A stretch of DNA of 64,000 bases, taken from NCBI GenBank assembly GCA_965261735.1, contig OZ253470.1, forward strand, positions 3,904,001 to 3,968,000, read 5' to 3'. Each line of letters starts with the position of its first letter. Position 1 is the stretch's first letter. Positions 58,422 to 64,000 of this stretch are shown piece by piece. This stretch comes from Alphaproteobacteria bacterium. Lineage in GTDB: Bacteria; Pseudomonadota; Alphaproteobacteria; SHVV01. The position numbers and the translations under genes are program-made. The notes under the pieces are model-generated. The model searched no databases, had not been told where the DNA came from, and saw nothing but the letters and a program-made list of their open reading frames with translations.

Positions 58422-59666
58422 ATGCCACGGCGGCGGGCACCAGCTTGGACGGCTGAGGTGCCGTCACTCTCCTCGCGCCTGACGCTCGTCTTCGCGAGCG
58501 CGGCACACGTCTTCGCGCACATGTTCATGCTGTTCTACGCGACCGTGGTGCTCACCATGGGGCCCGCGTTCGATTTGTCCTACGCCGACCTGCAGTGGCT
58601 GTCGGTGCCGGGCTTCGTCCTGTTCGGTGCGGCCGCGCTGCCGGCCGGCTGGCTCGGCGATCGCTGGAGCACCGTGGGCATGATGGCGGTCTTCTTCTTC
58701 GGTCTCGCCGCATCCTCGATCGTCACGGGTTTGGCGACGTCGCCGCTCGGCATCCTCATCGGCCTGTCCTTGATAGGCACCTTCGCGTCGATCTACCACC
58801 CGGTGGGCATCGCGTGGCTCGTGAGGAACACGACCACGGCCGGGCGGGCGCTCGGCGTCAACGCCATCTTCGGCTCGCTCGGTACCGCGGCGGCGGCGCT
58901 CACCGCCGGGGCGCTCGCCGATCTCATCAGCTGGCGCGCCGCGTTCATCCTGCCGGGCGTGCTCTGTGCGGCGGTCGGCGCGAGCTTTGTCGTCGCCGTT
59001 CGTCGCGGTTGGCTCGTCGAGGGCGCGGCGGGTACGCCGCTCACGCCAAGCGTCGGGCGGTTCGATGCGCGGCGCGGCATCATCGTCGTGCTGTTTACGA
59101 CGTTGATGGTGGGGCTCATCTTTCAGAGCACCAGCGTGGCCCTCCCCAAGCTGTTCAGCGAGCGCCTACCCGACCTCGTCGGGGGCGGGGCGTTGGGCGC
59201 CGGCCTGCTCGTCTCGCTCGTGTACGTCGTCGCCGCATTGGCCCCGGTCGTCGTCGGCGAGCTCGCGGACCGCTATCCCTTGAAGCTGGTCTACTTTCTG
59301 TGCCTGATCGCGCAGGCGCCTGTGCTGTTCGCCGCTTACTTCATGCACTCGATCGCTCTCGTGGGCATGGTCGTGGTGGCGGTGAGCCTCAATATGGGGG
59401 GCTCGCTCGCCGAGAACGCTCTTGTCGCGCGCTTCACGCCGCTGGCGTGGCGGAGCCGCATATATGGGCTCAAGTTCGTACTCAGCCTTGGCGTGAGTAC
59501 CGCCGGGGTCGCGATGGTGCCGGTTATGTTCGCGGCGACGGGCGTACTTGGTCCGATGTTCACGCTGTGGGCCGGCTTCGCGCTCGCGGCTGCGGCCGGC
59601 GCGTGGTTGCTGCCAGCGGAGCCCGCGACGGCGCGCGCGCCGTCGGTGCCCGGCGCCGCGGAGTAG
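58422..59666 (+). CDS. MFS transporter
   Basis: GWLGDRW, ASIYHPVG, GELADR; about 12 TM segments. Confidence 0.88.
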   Translation: MPRRRAPAWTAEVPSLSSRLTLVFASAAHVFAHMFMLFYATVVLTMGPAFDLSYADLQWLSVPGFVLFGAAALPAGWLGDRWSTVGMMAVFFFGLAASSIVTGLATSPLGILIGLSLIGTFASIYHPVGIAWLVRNTTTAGRALGVNAIFGSLGTAAAALTAGALADLISWRAAFILPGVLCAAVGASFVVAVRRGWLVEGAAGTPLTPSVGRFDARRGIIVVLFTTLMVGLIFQSTSVALPKLFSERLPDLVGGGALGAGLLVSLVYVVAALAPVVVGELADRYPLKLVYFLCLIAQAPVLFAAYFMHSIALVGMVVVAVSLNMGGSLAENALVARFTPLAWRSRIYGLKFVLSLGVSTAGVAMVPVMFAATGVLGPMFTLWAGFALAAAAGAWLLPAEPATARAPSVPGAAE

Positions 59667-59681
59667 GGGTGGCGTGAGGCA

Positions 59682-60971
59682 TCAGGCCGCCGCCAAGGCC
59701 TGGTCGAGGTCGTCGATCAGATCTTCAGCGGTCTCGAGTCCAACCGATAGCCTGACCACCTCGGGGCCCGCTCCGGCTGCGATGCGCTGCTCGTCGTCGA
59801 GCTGGCGGTGCGTGGTCGAGGCGGGGTGTAGGATGAGGCTACGGGTGTCGCCGATGTTGGCCAGGTGCGAGAACAGCTCACTGGCCTCGACAACACGCAC
59901 GCCGGACTCATAACCGCCGCGCACACCGAAGGTGAGGATCGATCCGGCGCCGCGCGGCAGATACTTGGCCGCGAGCTCGTGATAGGGGCTCGAGGGAAGG
60001 CCGGCGTAGGAGACCCAATCGACCTTCGGGTGTGCCTCGAGATGCTCGGCGATCGCTTGGGCATTGGCGACGTGGCGGTCCATCCGCAGCGACAAGGTCT
60101 CGGTGCCCGTGAGAATGAGGAAGGCGTTGAGCGGCGCCAGGCTGGGGCCGAAGTCGCGCAGCGCCACGGCGCGCGTCTTCATCGTGAAGCCGAAGTCGCC
60201 GAAGGTCTCGTAGAAGGTGAGGCCGTGATAGGCCTCGGTCGGCTGCGTGAGCGAGGGGAACTTGTCGTTCTGCCCCCAGTCGAAGCGTCCCGATTCGACC
60301 ACCACCCCGCCCATCGAGTTGCCGTTGCCGCCGAGGAATTTGGTCATCGAGTGGATGACGATGTCCGCGCCCCACTCGATGGGCCGGCACAGCCACGGCG
60401 TGGCCAGGGTGTTGTCGACGATAAGCGGTATACCGGCATCATGGGCGATGTCGGCAATGGCCGCGACGTCGAGGACGCCGCCGCCGGGATTGGCCAGGTT
60501 CTCGATGAAGATGGCCTTGGTCCGCGGCGTCAGGGCGGCACGGAAGTTCTGCGGATCGTCGGGGTCGACGAAATGGCAGGTCCAGCCAAGGCGGGAGAAA
60601 CTGTGGCTGAATTGGGTGACGGAGCCACCATACAGGTTGCGCGCGGCGATGAACTCGTCGCCCGGCTCGAGCAGCGTGAAGAAGGCGAGGAACTGCGCCG
60701 CGTGGCCCGAGGCGGCGGCGACCGCGCCGCGTCCGCCCTCGAGGCTGGCGATACGCTCCTCGAGCACCGCAACCGTGGGGTTGGTGATGCGCGAGTAGAT
60801 GTAGCCGAAGGTCTGCAGATTGAACAACGACGCCGCATGGTCGACGTCGTCGAACACGTAGGACGTGGTCTGGAAGATGGGAGTCGCCCGTGCCCCGGTG
60901 GTCGGATCGGGATAGGCGCCGGCGTGAATGGCGCGGGTCTCGAAGCCGCGGGCTTTCTCGTTCTCGCTCAT
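59682..60971 (-). CDS. metY: O-acetylhomoserine sulfhydrylase
   Basis: FETRAIHAG, YSRITNPT, HSMTKF, LANIGD, HPASTTHRQL. Confidence 0.92.
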   Translation of the reverse strand: MSENEKARGFETRAIHAGAYPDPTTGARATPIFQTTSYVFDDVDHAASLFNLQTFGYIYSRITNPTVAVLEERIASLEGGRGAVAAASGHAAQFLAFFTLLEPGDEFIAARNLYGGSVTQFSHSFSRLGWTCHFVDPDDPQNFRAALTPRTKAIFIENLANPGGGVLDVAAIADIAHDAGIPLIVDNTLATPWLCRPIEWGADIVIHSMTKFLGGNGNSMGGVVVESGRFDWGQNDKFPSLTQPTEAYHGLTFYETFGDFGFTMKTRAVALRDFGPSLAPLNAFLILTGTETLSLRMDRHVANAQAIAEHLEAHPKVDWVSYAGLPSSPYHELAAKYLPRGAGSILTFGVRGGYESGVRVVEASELFSHLANIGDTRSLILHPASTTHRQLDDEQRIAAGAGPEVVRLSVGLETAEDLIDDLDQALAAA

Positions 60972-61456
60972 CGCCGGCCGATCGCCCGGCGTTTGGCCGA
61001 GATGACGCCCGTGTTGATACCGCTCCACCCGAGCTCGCCATACAGGCGGCCGTATTCGATCTTGGCGCAACGGTTCATGACCACGCTCAGCCCGGCGGCT
61101 TCCGCGCGCTGTGCCGCCTCGTCATTTCTGACCCCAAGCTGCATCCATACCACCTTGGCCCCGCAAGCGATGGCCTCGTCGACGAACGGCGCGACCGCCT
61201 CGGAAGGGCGGAACAGCTGCACCATGTCCATCGGCTCTGGAATATTGCCGAGCCGCGCATAAACGGTGGCGCTCAGGATCTCGCCGCCCGCCTCCTTCGG
61301 GTTCACGGGAACGATGCGGTAGCCCTTCGCCTGGAGGTACTTCATCGCGAAGTAGCTCGGCCGGTTCCAGTGCGCGCTCGCCCCGACCGTGGCGATGATG
61401 TTGACGCGCTCGAGGATGCCGCGGATATAGGAGTCGGGGTAGCTGTCGTGGTTCAT
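60968..61456 (-). CDS. CoA-binding protein
   Basis: VGAS....RPSY, PVNP, WMQLG, MNRC.KIEY. Confidence 0.9.
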   Translation of the reverse strand: MNHDSYPDSYIRGILERVNIIATVGASAHWNRPSYFAMKYLQAKGYRIVPVNPKEAGGEILSATVYARLGNIPEPMDMVQLFRPSEAVAPFVDEAIACGAKVVWMQLGVRNDEAAQRAEAAGLSVVMNRCAKIEYGRLYGELGWSGINTGVISAKRRAIGRR

Positions 61457-61481
61457 GAAGGGGTGGGGCGCCCGTACACCG

Positions 61482-62303
61482 TCACCGCCCCTCCCACCGC
61501 GGCGCCCGCTTCTCGAGAAAGGCGTCGATACCCTCCTCGGCGTCGCGCGCCAGCATGTTCGTGGTCATGACCTCGCTCGCATAGGCGTAGGCCTTGTCGA
61601 GGTCGAGGTCGAGCTGGTGGTAAAAGGCCTCCTTGCCGATCGCGAGGGTGAGCGGGGACTTGGCGGCAATCGCCTCGGCCAGCTCCGCGACCGCCCCATC
61701 GAGCTCGGCCTCGGGCACCGCGCGATTGACCAGCCCATATTGCGCGGCCTCGGCAGCGCCGATCATCTCGCCCGTGAGCAGCATCTCCATGGCCCGCTTG
61801 CGCCCGACATTGCGCGACAGCGCGACCATCGGCGTCGAGCAGAACAGGCCAATATTGACGCCGGGCGTGGCGAAGCGAGCGGTCTCGGAGGCGACGGCCA
61901 GGTCGCAGCTGGCGACGAGCTGGCAGCCGGCGGCGGTTGCCACGCCGTGGACCCGGGCGATGACCGGCTTGGGCAGGTGGACGATCGCCTGCATCACGCG
62001 GCTACACTGCGCGAACACCGCCTCGTAAGCCTGACGGCCGGGGTTGGCCCTGAGTTCCTTGAGGTCGTGGCCGGCGCAGAACGCCGGACCGCTCCCGGCG
62101 ATGATCACGGCGCGCACGGCGCGATCCCCGGCGAGGCCGTCGAGCTCTCGCTCAAGCGCGGCGAGCAGGGCGGTGGACAGGCTGTTGCGTGCGCGCGGGC
62201 GGTTGAGCGTCAGCGTGGCGATGCCGCCGGTATCGTCGCGCAGGAGCACGGCCTCGCCGGCGTCGGCAGAGGTGCCGAGAGTGGCGCTGGACATGGTGGT
62301 CAT
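61482..62303 (-). CDS. Enoyl-CoA hydratase family protein
   Basis: FCAGHDLKE, AAGCQLVASCD, TPGVNIGLFCSTP. Confidence 0.92.
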   Translation of the reverse strand: MTTMSSATLGTSADAGEAVLLRDDTGGIATLTLNRPRARNSLSTALLAALERELDGLAGDRAVRAVIIAGSGPAFCAGHDLKELRANPGRQAYEAVFAQCSRVMQAIVHLPKPVIARVHGVATAAGCQLVASCDLAVASETARFATPGVNIGLFCSTPMVALSRNVGRKRAMEMLLTGEMIGAAEAAQYGLVNRAVPEAELDGAVAELAEAIAAKSPLTLAIGKEAFYHQLDLDLDKAYAYASEVMTTNMLARDAEEGIDAFLEKRAPRWEGR

Positions 62304-62519
62304 GAACACCTTCCCCGCAATCCAACGCCATGATAGCGCGCCCATTGGGGAGGTGCCAGCGCACCGAATTCGACGCCGCATCGGCGGACGGGTGTCATGG
62401 ACACCTCTACCGCCCCACCGGGACAGCTCCCCCGGGGGCAAAAGAAAGGCGGCAGCCCGGAGGCTGCCGGTGCAAATAATTAATTTTTATTAGACTTTGA
62501 AAATAATGACGAAAATAAT

Positions 62520-62534
62520 TTAATTCTTTATTAT
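62520..62534. promoter_or_regulatory. Candidate CtrA box in the AT-rich region upstream of the chemoreceptor
   Basis: TTAA-N7-TTAT against the CtrA consensus TTAA-N7-TTAA. Confidence 0.4.
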
Positions 62535-62810
62535 ACTTTGTAAGCGATAGTGCACCGACACAATTTCGGACAATTCAAAGTCAAAGTTAGGTCATACCCT
62601 GAAATCGACCATGACGCACCTGACGTTTGACGCGGTTTCCACGCGCGGGGCTTGGCCCTGGCCGGGCCGCGGTAAGCGCCTGAAAGAAAGCGCGGCCAGG
62701 TCGCGGCCAATTCCGGCCAGGGCCGATGACAACGGGGTCACCGCCCAGGCGGGCCTCGAAATCACCTCGCTCGGAGCTTTATCCGGCGACGTTCTCTCAT
62801 GGAGTACGGA

Positions 62811-64000
62811 ATGAAAATGTCGAGCTTTGCGGGCTTGAAGACCAAGCCCAAGATCCTGATCGGGATCTGTTCCCCGCTAGTCCTTTTGGTGGGCCTTGGC
62901 GTCGCCAGCGTCTACAGCATCAGCACCATCGTCGAGACCAATGAGTGGGTCGATCACACCCGTGAAGTGCTGGAAGATGCAGCGTCGATCACCGGCTCGG
63001 CCGTGGACATGGAGACTGGCATGCGCGGCTATCTGCTGGCGGGTCAGGAAGGTTTCCTCGATCCCTATCGGGCCGGCGGGAATGCGACCTACACCGGAGT
63101 CGCGGCCTGCAGGAGACGGTCAACGACAACCCGGCGCAGGTCGAGCGCCTGGCCGAGATGGAGCGAGTCCTGCGCGAGTGGCAGGAGAAAGTGACCGAGC
63201 CGACGATCGCCCTGCGCCGCGAGATCGGCGACGCCGAGACCATGAACGACATGGCTGCGCTGGTCGGCGAGGCCCGCGGCAAGGTCTTTTTTCGACAAGT
63301 TCCGCGAGCAGATCGCCACCTTCGCCGGACGCGAGACGACCTTGCTGGAGCAGCGCCGGAAGGATTTCCAGGTCGCCCAGACCAAGGTCGGCGAGGATTT
63401 CAAGCTACTTCATGAGACGGTGGGTTGGGTCGATCACACTCACGAGGTCCTGGCCGCTGCGGCGCGGCTCGTGGCCGCCGCAGTGGACATGGAGACCGGC
63501 ATGCGCGGCTATCTGCCTCCTTCAGCAACTGCACCTGGGCCGGGTTGTCGTTCACGGTCTGGCTCAGGCTCGCGACGAGCTGACCATCGGCGAATGGCAG
63601 GAGAACGTCACCGAGCCGACCATCGCCTTGCGCCGCAAGATCGGCGACGCCAAGACCATGGACGACATGGCGGACCTGATCGGCGAGGCCCGGGGCAAGC
63701 AGTTCTTCGACGCCTTCCGGGCGACCATGGCCGACTTCCGGGCCGAGGAAACCGGCTTGATGGAACAGCGCCAGGCGAACAATGAGTCCACGGTCAGCAC
63801 GACCTACCTCATCATCGGGATCTCCATCGCAGCGGCCCTCCTGATCGGTCTCCTGCTGGCGTGGGCGATCGGAAACGCCATCGCCAACCCGATCAAGCAG
63901 ATGACCATCGTCATGCAGCGCTTGGCCGGTGGCGACACCTCGGCGGAGGTCCCGGGGACCGAACGGACCGACGAGATCGGCGAGATGGCCGCCGCGGTCC
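62811..64000 (+). pseudogene. Double-CHASE3/HAMP sensor (probable methyl-accepting chemotaxis protein), disrupted; runs off the window
   Basis: Two WVDHT...DMETGMRGYL repeats, a TM and a HAMP (DEIGEMA). Frameshifts at ~63105 and 63287-63292; inverted segment at 63516-63581. Confidence 0.85.

Overview
High-GC alphaproteobacterial (Rhodospirillales-like) chromosome segment. The intact backbone carries recO-parC, hemB, icmF, hemA, rpiB-glyA-nrdR-ribD-ribE-ribB-ribH-nusB-thiL, hppA, bamE/cbp3, yceD-rpmF-plsX-fabH-ihfA-merR-tRNA-Pro(GGG), ctaA-cutA and metY. Most accessory surface, motility and toxin loci are broken. motB has TGA at a conserved Trp, motA is 5'-deleted, and a CHASE3 chemoreceptor has two frameshifts plus an internal 66-bp inversion. 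Both TA toxins (BrnT, HigB) are dead while their antitoxins are intact. A T1SS ABC gene is joined back-to-back to a TolC 3' end, a PEP-CTERM tail is orphaned, and an ATPase-TPR gene is IS-truncated and frameshifted in a C13 tract. Mobile DNA comprises two inverted IS1595 (ISSod11-like) copies and an IS256 nested in an IS630, whose transposase stays open in frame from a TTG inside the IS256 end. The best candidates for undescribed biology are (i) an intact stand-alone mini tape-measure-like gene with its own near-consensus sigma70 promoter between cbp3 and yceD, (ii) an orphan CADD/PqqC-type diiron enzyme beside an orphan NMT1/THI5 binding protein, and (iii) the ParA-like-ATPase/TPR gene coupled to recO. 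All family calls come from recognising motifs by eye; no searches were run.
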